NCBI GenBank assembly: GCA_965223795.1
Contig: CBDCXL010000002.1
Span: 1,056,001-1,120,000, forward strand
Length of the DNA: 64,000 nucleotides
Direction: 5' to 3'
DNA from: Nitrospinales bacterium
Lineage (GTDB): Bacteria > Nitrospinota > Nitrospinia > Nitrospinales > VA-1
Positions 1 through 8,669 of this stretch are shown here, in pieces. A program made the translations under genes and the position numbers. The notes under the pieces were generated by a model that was not told where the DNA came from, made no database searches, and was given only the letters and a program-made list of their open reading frames with translations. The stretch's first letter is position 1, and each line of letters begins with the position of its first letter.

Positions 1-340
1 CCCAGAACTTCGGTTCGCGGCCGGGGACCGCTTCGAGAAACTGCCGGTACTGCTCGTTGGTCACCTCGTGTTTGTCGATGTAGTACGACTTCAGGTACAC
101 CTTGCGCTGCGGCGTTTCGTCCAGGTACCACTCGCGCGAATCGGAAAAAAACGTCGTCAGCACCCAGTCGATGTCGGCGTCGCTGCTGCCCATGGTGAAC
201 ACGCCATCGGGCACGAGCACCATGTCCTCGGGCGGATCGGCGGCGGGCGGATCGGCCTGTGCGGGAAACGCCGCGCATACAAGAAGCACGAACGCCCACG
301 CCCAAACGCTTCGTTTTTGTTTCTGTTCGCTTCGCTGCAC
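1..340 (-). CDS. FGE-sulfatase/SUMF1 (C-type lectin-like fold) family secreted protein, 5' part; runs off the left edge
   Basis: Not in ORF track; manually translated from GTG at 340: signal peptide (WAWAFVLLVCAAFPAQA), then EDMVLVPDGVFTMGS...DETPQRKVYLKSYYIDKHEVTNEQY, the typical FGE-domain N-terminus. Confidence 0.85.
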   Translation of the reverse strand, partial: MQRSEQKQKRSVWAWAFVLLVCAAFPAQADPPAADPPEDMVLVPDGVFTMGSSDADIDWVLTTFFSDSREWYLDETPQRKVYLKSYYIDKHEVTNEQYRQFLEAVPGREPKFW

Positions 341-361
341 GTTGAAACCGGAAATATTAAA

Positions 362-925
362 TCAATTCGGGATCATGCCCGCCTGGCGCGCGTATTCAAA
401 AATGTTGCCGGCCCGCACGATGGCCGCCACCTCGCCCAGCGATTTGAGTCCATATGATTTCTGCGTGGCGTGGTTGGTCAGGGTCTCGGCTTTCAGGTCG
501 ATGGTCAGCGCGTCGCCGGTCCTGATTTCTTCCACCAGGCGCTTCTGCGATTCGAAGGGTATGAAAAACCCGCCGTCCACCGAGTTGCGGTAAAAGATGC
601 GCGCGTAGGATTCGGCGACCACGGCCTGGATGCCCGCAATCTTCAGGCAGGCGGGGGCGTGCTCCCTTGAGGAGCCGCAGCCGAAATTCCTGCCGCCGAT
701 GATGATCCTGAATTCCGATTCGAACCGGCCCTCCTCGACGAACGGACGGTTGCCTTCGGGCAGCCCGGCGGCGTCGCCGGGGACGCCGGACAACGCGAAC
801 TTGCCGTAGTTCTTTTTCTCTTCCGGATCGGAAAGGCTGTACACCAGATGCTCGGCGGGGATGATCTGGTCGGTGTCGATGTCGTTCCCGAGCACGTAGG
901 CGCGGCCTTCAATAATGGATTCCAT
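362..925 (-). CDS. leuD: 3-isopropylmalate dehydratase small subunit
   Basis: GNDIDTDQIIP, NFGCGSSREHA, AESYARIFYRN motifs; true start ATG 925 inside the longer track ORF. Confidence 0.92.
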   Translation of the reverse strand: MESIIEGRAYVLGNDIDTDQIIPAEHLVYSLSDPEEKKNYGKFALSGVPGDAAGLPEGNRPFVEEGRFESEFRIIIGGRNFGCGSSREHAPACLKIAGIQAVVAESYARIFYRNSVDGGFFIPFESQKRLVEEIRTGDALTIDLKAETLTNHATQKSYGLKSLGEVAAIVRAGNIFEYARQAGMIPN

Positions 926-939
926 CCTGTTTCCTCTGC

Positions 940-2241
940 TCAGTTGTTCAAAAATTCCCTGGGATCGGTGATGCGTCCGGTCAGGGCCGACGCCGCGGCG
1001 GTGTACGGCGACGCCAGGTACACGTGCGCCTGCTTGGATCCCATCCTGCCGGGGAAGTTGCGGTTGGTGGTGGAGATCACCACTTCGCTGCCGTTGGTGC
1101 GGCCGAACGTGTCCTTGGGACCGCCCAAGCAGGCGGCGCAGGAAGGCTCGCCGAGCAGGGCGCCGGCCTCCTTGAAGATGTTGACCAGCGGCTCGCCGTT
1201 GATCGTCTCGGTGTGCAGGTCCGCCTCCACTTCGCGGGTCGCGGGCACGATGAAGGTGTCGATCTTGACCTTCTTGCCCTTGAGCAGTTTTGCCGCGGCG
1301 ATGAAATCGGTCAGCTTGCCGCCGGTGCAGGACCCGATGTAGGAGCGGTCGAGCTTGACGTCGCGGCACTCGCCCACGACCGCCTTGTTGTCGGGCGAAT
1401 GCGGCTTGGCGACGATGGGCTCCATCTTGGAGGCGTCGTAGGTTTTCTTGTAATAATAGTCGGCGTCCGGGTCCGACTCGTATAGCGTGCAGGGTTTGTC
1501 GGTGCGCTGCTTCACGTAATCGAGCGTCACGTCGTCCGCCTGGATGACGGCGTTCTTGCCGCCGGCCTCGATCGCCATGTTGCACAGCGTCATGCGCTCT
1601 TCCATGGAGAACTTCATGACGGCGTCGCCCGCCCACTCCATGCTGCGGTAGGTGGCGCCGTCAACGCTGATGTCGCCGATCACCTGTAACAATATATCCT
1701 TGGCCATGATGTAATCGGGGAAGGTGCCGGTGAACTCGAAGCGCATCGACTCGGGGACCTTGACCCACAGCTTGCCGGTTCCCAGGATGAACGCCGCGTC
1801 GGTGTTGCCGATGCCCGCGGAGAACATGCCGAACGCGCCGCTGGTGGTGCTGTGCGAGTCGGTGCCGAACAGCACCTCGCCGGGCCGGTTGTGGCCTTCC
1901 TGGGCGAGGGCGATGTGGCAGACGCCTTTGTAGTCGTCGGTGCCCACATCGTAATAGTACGGCAGCTGCTGTTCCTTGACGAAGGCGCGGATGATTTCGA
2001 TGTTGCGGTGCGCGTGGGTGTCGGCGGTGAACACGAAATGGTCGGGGATGATCACCACCTTTTCGGGATCCCAGACTTTGGCGTTCTCGCCGAACTGCTC
2101 TTTGAAAATGGCGATGGTGCCGGGTCCGCAGACGTCGTGGGTCATCAGCACGTCGACGTTGACCCAGACGTTGTCGCCCGCACGCACGCTGTCTTTGCCC
2201 GCGTGCGCCGCCAGTATTTTTTCCGTGATCGTCATTGCCAT
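940..2241 (-). CDS. leuC: 3-isopropylmalate dehydratase large subunit
   Basis: MTITEKIL, PDH, GTDSH, GSCTGG, PSCAACLG (4Fe-4S Cys), STTNRNFPGRMG; paired with leuD. Confidence 0.92.
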   Translation of the reverse strand: MAMTITEKILAAHAGKDSVRAGDNVWVNVDVLMTHDVCGPGTIAIFKEQFGENAKVWDPEKVVIIPDHFVFTADTHAHRNIEIIRAFVKEQQLPYYYDVGTDDYKGVCHIALAQEGHNRPGEVLFGTDSHSTTSGAFGMFSAGIGNTDAAFILGTGKLWVKVPESMRFEFTGTFPDYIMAKDILLQVIGDISVDGATYRSMEWAGDAVMKFSMEERMTLCNMAIEAGGKNAVIQADDVTLDYVKQRTDKPCTLYESDPDADYYYKKTYDASKMEPIVAKPHSPDNKAVVGECRDVKLDRSYIGSCTGGKLTDFIAAAKLLKGKKVKIDTFIVPATREVEADLHTETINGEPLVNIFKEAGALLGEPSCAACLGGPKDTFGRTNGSEVVISTTNRNFPGRMGSKQAHVYLASPYTAAASALTGRITDPREFLNN

Positions 2242-2614
2242 GTTTTCTATCTCCTCCGGGCGGAGTGCCTCCGCGCGCTGTGGAATCGTATTTTATGCCG
2301 TGCGGCCTGAAATCCCAAAATGCCGTATCGGGTTGGGATTTCGATCTCCGGACGGGACACCGGGGCGGGCCGCCGTGCGCATTAAGAAGGATACGTTCTT
2401 TTATTGTACCCCCAAAATTCCCAACCGCCGTTTCGGGCAGGACCTGCGCTCACCGGGCGGGGCCCGGCTTCAGTTTTTCCGGAAACGTCCGTAAAGTCCT
2501 TAAAATACCACTTTCTCCGCGGGGGACGAATAAAATTTTGAAAATGATGGAATTTCAGGACTGGGAAGGCGAACCGCAGCGTCTCGCGGGCGCCGGTTTC
2601 CCCGGCGCGGCCCG

Positions 2615-3613
2615 ATGCTGAACCTGGCGCGGGAGACGTTCGACCGGCTGCGTTACCGTCTGCCCGAGAAGCCGAAAAACGTGCAGATCGAGGTCACGAA
2701 CCGCTGCAACATGGACTGCCCCATGTGCCCGCGCGAGGATTTGCCCATCCACCTGGAACACATGGAATGGGACACCTTCACGCAGGTGGTGGACCGGCTG
2801 GTGGACCGGGAGCCGCTGACGCTCACCGGATGGGGCGAGCCGTTCCTGCATCCCAAGATCTTCGAGATGATCGCCTACTGCAAGGTGCGCGGCCACCGGG
2901 TGCTGATCACCTCCAACGGGCTGTTCGCAAAACCTGACATCGTGGACCGGATTTTACAGTCCGACCTCGATGTGCTCACCTTCTCGCTGGACAGCGTCGC
3001 GGGCAACGAAAACGTGGAGCACGGCCACACCAACGCCTCGGTGAACCGCAACATCGAGACCCTCGCCGCCCGGCGGGACCGTGCGAAACTGTCTCTGCGT
3101 CTCCAGGCCACGCTGCACGCGGGCTGCGAGGACGACCTGTACGGAGTGATCCGTTTCGCCGGGCAGCTCGGCATCGAGACGGTCAACGTGGGACGGCTGG
3201 ACAACGCGCACGCGCCCGATCTGAAGCGACCGGGCCCGGACGCGGAAAAACGCATTTACCGCACCGCGCAATCGGCCGCCGACGCGGCGGGGGTGCAGCT
3301 CGACTGGCTGCAGTACGCGGTGTCCCGCGGCCCCACGCGCTGGGCGTACCGGCTGCTGCGCAAACGGCTGCACCGTTCCGGCAAATACTGTCTCAAGACC
3401 TTCGACAACGCCTACATCAGCCGCGAAGGCCACGTGACGCCGTGCTGCCTGCTGCCGCAGGCGCAAATGGGCAACGTGCTGTCGGAGGACCTGAAGTCCA
3501 TCTGGCAGAGCGGCAAGTTCAACGAATTCCGCGAACATTACCGCGACACCTGCGGTTCCTGCGATCTGTGGACCATCGACCAGGTCTCACCGGGCCCCGC
3601 CCGGGAGGAATAA
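2615..3613 (+). CDS. Radical SAM protein with SPASM/twitch domain
   Basis: CNMDCPMC (CxxxCxxC), GWGEPFLH, SNG; C-terminal C...GHVTPCC...GN...IW...CGSC. Confidence 0.9.
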   Translation: MLNLARETFDRLRYRLPEKPKNVQIEVTNRCNMDCPMCPREDLPIHLEHMEWDTFTQVVDRLVDREPLTLTGWGEPFLHPKIFEMIAYCKVRGHRVLITSNGLFAKPDIVDRILQSDLDVLTFSLDSVAGNENVEHGHTNASVNRNIETLAARRDRAKLSLRLQATLHAGCEDDLYGVIRFAGQLGIETVNVGRLDNAHAPDLKRPGPDAEKRIYRTAQSAADAAGVQLDWLQYAVSRGPTRWAYRLLRKRLHRSGKYCLKTFDNAYISREGHVTPCCLLPQAQMGNVLSEDLKSIWQSGKFNEFREHYRDTCGSCDLWTIDQVSPGPAREE

Positions 3614-4028
3614 GTCCAACCCGTAACGGCATCTTGAGTTTTTTCGGCACACGTCCAAAGAACGTTTTGTTGCGCGTGGAGGCGCTCGGCCGGGCCCTGC
3701 CCGGGAAGAATAGGCCAATCCCATACAGCGGTTGAAGTTCGCCCGGCATATTGCGACCGCGCGTTCTTCTTCCTCAAGCGACCCATTTTCTTTTACCTGG
3801 CTTAAAACAACGCTTTTCTGCACGTGGAGACACTCCCCCGCGCCCTCCCCGCCTGATTTGTTGCCTCCCTCCCGGTTTTCTGTAATATCATTGAAAGCAT
3901 TGCCCTTTTGATGTAGGGTAGCCGATTCGCTCTATCACGATCGCCGTTTTCGACCCGGCTTTTGCGGAACGCCGCGCCCGACGCGGGCCCGCAAGGCGGG
4001 TCCACACTCGCAACCCGACCGGTTTTCC

Positions 4029-5480
4029 ATGCAGACGACGGAAGACAACTCCAACATCATCGTCGACCGCAGGCCGCTGTGGATCGTGGCCTTCGACCGG
4101 CTGCGCCGCCCGCTGCTTTTGACGCTGCTGTTCGCCCTGTTTCTGGTGCTGCTGAACCAGGAGGGGCCGCAGGACCTCTCGCCGGAAGGCTACAGGGTGC
4201 TGTGCGTGTTTTTCCTGTGCGTCAGCCTGTGGTCCACCAACCTGATCCCGCTTTCGGTGACGAGCCTGCTCGCCATCGCGCTCATCCCGCTGCTCGGCAT
4301 CATGCCCGATTCGGCGGTGTATTCGTTTTTCGGCAACAAGGCGGTGTTCTTCATCCTCGGCGTGTTCATCCTGTCGGCGGCGATGATCGGCTCGGGGCTG
4401 AGCACGCGGCTTTCGATGTGGGTGATGGAGCAGTTCGGCGGCACGCCGCAGAAACTGATCACGTCGATCTACTGCTTCGGCGCGGTGAGTTCCTGCTTCA
4501 TGTCCGAACACGCGGTGGCGGCGATGATGTTTCCGATTCTGATGGAGATCGTGCAGGTGCTCAATCTCAAGTGCGGCGACTCGCGTTTCGCCAAGGCGCT
4601 GTTTTTCGCGATGGCCTGGGGCTGCATCGTGGGCGGCGCGATGACCGTGATGGGCGGCGGCCGGGTGCCGCTGGCGGTGGAGATCCTGGAAAAGTCCACG
4701 GCAAACGCGGCGACGATCGGGATCCTCGAATACACACACCTCAGCTTCCCGCTGGTGCTGCTGCTGTTCGTCTGCGGGGGGTGGGTGCTGCGTTTTCTGT
4801 ATCCCAGCGACCTCGCCGACATCCAGCCGGCACGCGCCGTGCTGAAGAAAAAATCCCAGGACCTGGGGCTGATGACGTTCAGCGAAAAAGGCGTGGCGGC
4901 GGTGATGGGGCTGACGCTGTTTTTCTGGTTCGCCTACGGGGACGCGCTCGGCATCGCCAACATCGCCATCCTGTCCATCGTCGTCCTGTTCTGGTTCGGC
5001 CTGATCAACTGGGGCCTGGTGGAGCCGCACATCAACTGGGCGATCATCCTGATGTACGGCGGCGCCATCTGCCTGGGTGAGGTGATGTCCTCGTCCGGGG
5101 CGGCATTGTGGCTGGCGCGGTATTTCTTCGAGGGCACGGTGACGTCGCCGGTGGTGTACCTGCTGCTGCTGGCGCTGGCCTCGACGCTGTTCACCACGTT
5201 CATGAGCAACTCGGCGGTCATCGCCATCCTGCTGCCGCCCGCCATCAGCATGGCCCCGGCCTACGGCCTGAGCGCGCAGCTGGTTTCGCTCACGGTGATC
5301 CTGCCGAGCAACTTCGCTTTCATCCTGCCGATCGCGACGCCGGCCTCGGCGCTGGCGTATTCGTCGCGCTACATCGGCATCGCCGACATGGTGCGCGCGG
5401 GCACGCTGCTCAGCCTGCTGGGCATGGGATGCTACCTGTTTCTGTTGAAGGTGTACTGGCCGTGGATCGGCTTTCAATAA
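4029..5480 (+). CDS. DASS/SLC13 family sodium-coupled anion symporter
   Basis: Many TM helices; FMSNSAVIAILLP and LPIATPASALAYS motifs. Confidence 0.88.
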   Translation: MQTTEDNSNIIVDRRPLWIVAFDRLRRPLLLTLLFALFLVLLNQEGPQDLSPEGYRVLCVFFLCVSLWSTNLIPLSVTSLLAIALIPLLGIMPDSAVYSFFGNKAVFFILGVFILSAAMIGSGLSTRLSMWVMEQFGGTPQKLITSIYCFGAVSSCFMSEHAVAAMMFPILMEIVQVLNLKCGDSRFAKALFFAMAWGCIVGGAMTVMGGGRVPLAVEILEKSTANAATIGILEYTHLSFPLVLLLFVCGGWVLRFLYPSDLADIQPARAVLKKKSQDLGLMTFSEKGVAAVMGLTLFFWFAYGDALGIANIAILSIVVLFWFGLINWGLVEPHINWAIILMYGGAICLGEVMSSSGAALWLARYFFEGTVTSPVVYLLLLALASTLFTTFMSNSAVIAILLPPAISMAPAYGLSAQLVSLTVILPSNFAFILPIATPASALAYSSRYIGIADMVRAGTLLSLLGMGCYLFLLKVYWPWIGFQ

Positions 5481-5594
5481 AAGAAGTGGCGGGCCCGGGA
5501 CGGACCTGGAGGGGTAGGCCCGTCCCGAGTGCGCGGAAAGGGGAAAACTCCGTTTCCGGAGTTTTCCGGTTTCAAACCACTAGCTTTTGGATTG
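5478..5594 (-). ncRNA. Candidate sigma54-dependent small RNA (about 115 nt)
   Basis: Downstream of -24/-12 motif; two stems that pair better on the minus strand (G-U wobbles, GAAA tetraloop); ACCCCUCC loop; U-rich end. Confidence 0.55.
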
Positions 5595-5604
5595 CTGTAT
5601 TAAG

Positions 5605-5621
5605 AGCAAGTTCGATGCCGG
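5605..5621 (-). promoter_or_regulatory. sigma54 (-24/-12) promoter
   Basis: Minus strand CCGGCATCGAACTTGCT = GG-N10-GC with GGCA and TTGCT. Confidence 0.6.
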
Positions 5622-5814
5622 AACCGACGCATTATTGCGGTATATTCAGAACGGCCCCATATTCAAAGCCAATGCGGCGGCGGACCCGCGCCGGGCTTAC
5701 TTGTTACAATGAAGGTGTATCTTTTTTCATGTAACGGTCGTACCGATTTCTGCAAATCAAAACCGTTGATATTGCGCGCTTGGTTTTACGGCCCGCGACG
5801 AGGGAGAGTAACCG

Positions 5815-6159
5815 GTGAATTCACAGAACGTTTCGCTGATCCATCCTGTGACCTTGAAAGAACGCCTCGAACAAGGCGAGGACATCTGCCTGGTGGATGT
5901 GCGCGAGGACTGGGAATTTTCGCTCGCGGCCATCGAAGGTTCGGTGTGCCTGCCGCTGGGGGAGCTGGCGGACCGGGTGCAGGAGCTCTTGTTCGAGGAA
6001 GAGATCGTGGTCATCTGCCATCACGGCCAGCGCTCGCACACCGGCGCGCAGATCCTCATGGAGTCGGGCTTCAAAAAGGTGCACAACCTGCAAGGCGGCA
6101 TCGACGCCTGGTCGCAGCTCGTCGATCCCACCGTCCCCCGCTACGGCCCGAACGGCTAG
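5815..6159 (+). CDS. Single-domain rhodanese (sulfurtransferase)
   Basis: LVDVRE, active-site CHHGQR, NLQGGIDAW; GTG start with GGAGAG RBS. Confidence 0.9.
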   Translation: MNSQNVSLIHPVTLKERLEQGEDICLVDVREDWEFSLAAIEGSVCLPLGELADRVQELLFEEEIVVICHHGQRSHTGAQILMESGFKKVHNLQGGIDAWSQLVDPTVPRYGPNG

Positions 6160-6168
6160 CTTCCCATT

Positions 6169-7098
6169 TCATTTTGCAGGCATTGCGCAACGGAACCCCA
6201 CAGACCGCTTGTAAGCTCCCCTTTTATCGATACTCGCATCCCAAAGACGAGCGGAAACCCGCATGCTCCCCCATGTCCCTTTATCCCAGGAGCTGCCACG
6301 AATGACTTTTGCTCCCATGTCCACTGTCTTTGGCTTCCATTCGTAACTTTCAGTAAAACGTTTGATTTCTACCCCCTCAGGCTCGATTCGTTTGGGTCCC
6401 TGGGGATTGGTTATGTCCTTTTCGTGATAATAAAACTCGTCGTACCAGTCCGACACCCATTCATAGACATTTCCCAGCATGTCGTAGAGTCCGTAGGGAT
6501 TGGGCTTGAAACTACCTACCGGTGCTAAAGTGTCATGACCATCGTCGTATTGGGTGAGTCTCAAATCATCCAGGCAGTTTTTATCGCAAAAGTTTTCATA
6601 ACCGGTCTTAAAATCTTCTCCCCAGTAATACCGGGTGGTTGTGCCACCCCGGGCGGCTCTCTCCCATTCCGCTTCGGTTGGAAGCCGCTTTCCCAATTTC
6701 CGGCAATACCCATTTGCTTCATTCCAAAACGTATTTTCAACCGGAAGGTTGTCTCCTTTGTATCTCGATGGGTTTCTTCCCATGACTTTCTGGAACTGCG
6801 CCTGGGTCACTTCGAACTTGTCGATGTAATAGCTATTTAAAATGACTTCATGCTTGGGGCTTTCATTGGTAAAGAACCATCGAAAACATTCTAAATTGTG
6901 CTTCATGCACTCCTCATATCCATCGTCGGTGCTGGCTCCCATGACAAACATGCCCTTGGGAATCAAGACCATGTTTTTTGGAATGGTGCTTTGGCTACCC
7001 TTGTTTTCTTGGGCAGATTCCGATGCTGAACTCAAATCCCCACAAAAAACAATCATGCTCAAAGATAAAATTCCGAGCGTGAATATTTTTTTTCGCAT
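6169..7098 (-). CDS. FGE-sulfatase/SUMF1 family secreted protein (low GC)
   Basis: Signal peptide; MVLIPKGMFVMG, KRLPTEAEWERAARGG, PNPYGLYDMLGNVYEW, RGSSW, GFRC. Confidence 0.9.
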   Translation of the reverse strand: MRKKIFTLGILSLSMIVFCGDLSSASESAQENKGSQSTIPKNMVLIPKGMFVMGASTDDGYEECMKHNLECFRWFFTNESPKHEVILNSYYIDKFEVTQAQFQKVMGRNPSRYKGDNLPVENTFWNEANGYCRKLGKRLPTEAEWERAARGGTTTRYYWGEDFKTGYENFCDKNCLDDLRLTQYDDGHDTLAPVGSFKPNPYGLYDMLGNVYEWVSDWYDEFYYHEKDITNPQGPKRIEPEGVEIKRFTESYEWKPKTVDMGAKVIRGSSWDKGTWGSMRVSARLWDASIDKRGAYKRSVGFRCAMPAK

Positions 7099-7116
7099 TG
7101 ATTGAATTCCGAATTG

Positions 7117-8583
7117 CTACTTTTCGATCGCTTCGAGCAGGGCGTCGCGCATGGCCTGAACGGGCGCCTTCTTTCCCGTCCACAGTTCGAACTGGTCCAC
7201 CGCCTGGTTGATGAACAGCTCGACGCCGGAGATCGCGATGCAGCCCGCGGCGCGGGCCTCGCGGATCAGCCTGGTCTCCGGCGGGTTGTACACCGAGTCG
7301 AACACCACGGTGCCGGGCTTGAGGTTGCGCGTCGGGAACGGGGTTTCCTCGACGTTGGGGTGCATGCCCACGGGCGAACAGTTGATGAGCACGTCGACGG
7401 GCAGGTCGCGGGCGTCGTCCACGGGCACGCACTGGCAGTCCAGCATCCCGGCCAGCTGCTGGCCGCGCTGCTTGTTGCTCTTGTAGGTCACGGTCAGTCT
7501 CGCGCCGCTTGCTTTCACGCCGAAGCCGATGGCCTTGGCGGTGCCGCCGGAGCCGATGATGAGCACGTTTTTGTCCTTGAGATCGATGTGCTTCTCGAGC
7601 GCGCGCAACGCTCCGCTGATGTCGGTGTTGTGCCCCACCCATTCGCCGCCCTGCCGCACCACGGTGTTGACCGCGCCGATCTTCGCCGCGGTGTCCTCGA
7701 CGCGATCGAGCAGCGGCATCACCGCTTCCTTGTGCGGCATGGTGACGCTGAGTCCGGAGAAGATGTCCCTAAAGGCGTTGAAGAACACTTCCAGCTCCTG
7801 CACCAGAAAGGAAACGTAGATGTCGTTCGATCCTAATTCCTGAAACGCGCGGTTGTGGATGCGGTAGCCCATGCTCTTGGACACGGGATCGCCGATGACG
7901 CCGTACACCTTGAACGCTTCGCGCGGCCGGTCGGCGCGGTAGACGCGCTTGAGGGTGTCGGCCGGGATCTGCCCCGGAGCGCTTTCGCGTCCGGTGTCGA
8001 GCGAGCCGAAGGTGAGAAACCCGCCCAATAGCGGCGACAGCACGCGGCTGATCTCGCCCTTCTCCCCCATGCACAGGGCGATGAGCCTGCGGTTCTCGCG
8101 GCGCGCCCGCTCCAGAAGCTGAAACACCTTGAGGTTGTCGCGGATGTCCTGGGCGTAGGTGGCGATCTTCAACACGTCGCCCGGCAGCTCGCACATGATC
8201 TCGTACAGGGGCGTCAGGTCGTCGAGGGTGTTGGTGAAGTTGTGGTAGGAAAGGATGGCCTGGGTGTTTCCCTTGTTTTCGAGCACCGACTTCAACAGTT
8301 CCTTGGGCGTCGAGGTCTCGATGTCGATGTAGTCCACCCCCGCTTTGACCGCCTGGCGCAGGCTTTCGATGCGTTCTGCTTCGGTGCCCTTGAACTGACC
8401 GCCTTCCAGCTTGGAACGGTTGGTGACGATGACGGGCTTGGTCACGGCGGCGAGCAGCGCGTTCAGGTCGACGTTGTGAATGAGATCGAGACGCAGTTCG
8501 AGGATGTCGGCGATGGATTCGGCCGCCGGGATGTCGGCCAGGGCCTTGGACAGGGTGGGGCCGATGATGGGAACGCAGATCAT
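7117..8583 (-). CDS. aroE: Bifunctional type I 3-dehydroquinate dehydratase / shikimate dehydrogenase
   Basis: N-terminal ELRLD, SYHNF, MGEKGEISR, APGQ (AroD); C-terminal SVTMPHK, GAVNT, NTD, GSGGTA (AroE); start at ATG 8583. Confidence 0.92.
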   Translation of the reverse strand: MICVPIIGPTLSKALADIPAAESIADILELRLDLIHNVDLNALLAAVTKPVIVTNRSKLEGGQFKGTEAERIESLRQAVKAGVDYIDIETSTPKELLKSVLENKGNTQAILSYHNFTNTLDDLTPLYEIMCELPGDVLKIATYAQDIRDNLKVFQLLERARRENRRLIALCMGEKGEISRVLSPLLGGFLTFGSLDTGRESAPGQIPADTLKRVYRADRPREAFKVYGVIGDPVSKSMGYRIHNRAFQELGSNDIYVSFLVQELEVFFNAFRDIFSGLSVTMPHKEAVMPLLDRVEDTAAKIGAVNTVVRQGGEWVGHNTDISGALRALEKHIDLKDKNVLIIGSGGTAKAIGFGVKASGARLTVTYKSNKQRGQQLAGMLDCQCVPVDDARDLPVDVLINCSPVGMHPNVEETPFPTRNLKPGTVVFDSVYNPPETRLIREARAAGCIAISGVELFINQAVDQFELWTGKKAPVQAMRDALLEAIEK

Positions 8584-8669
8584 GAAACCGGGTGTCACTT
8601 TCTCTTGAAGGTAATACCGCCGCACGGGTGCAGGCAACGCTGGAAACCGCGCGGATAAACCCGCTCAAT

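Noticed and set aside
926..1636. N-terminal extension of the 362..1636 ORF, and similar extensions on tyrS, hutH, modE and the 42157 gene
   Set aside because: They overlap real genes or upstream DNA and have R/G-rich non-protein-like composition; homology starts at internal ATGs
2242..2500. Leucine attenuator upstream of leuC
   Set aside because: No Leu-rich leader peptide or terminator/antiterminator pair identified
6169..7098. Complete DGR at the FGE-fold gene
   Set aside because: No reverse transcriptase, Avd or template repeat seen in the window; only a remote-target hypothesis is kept
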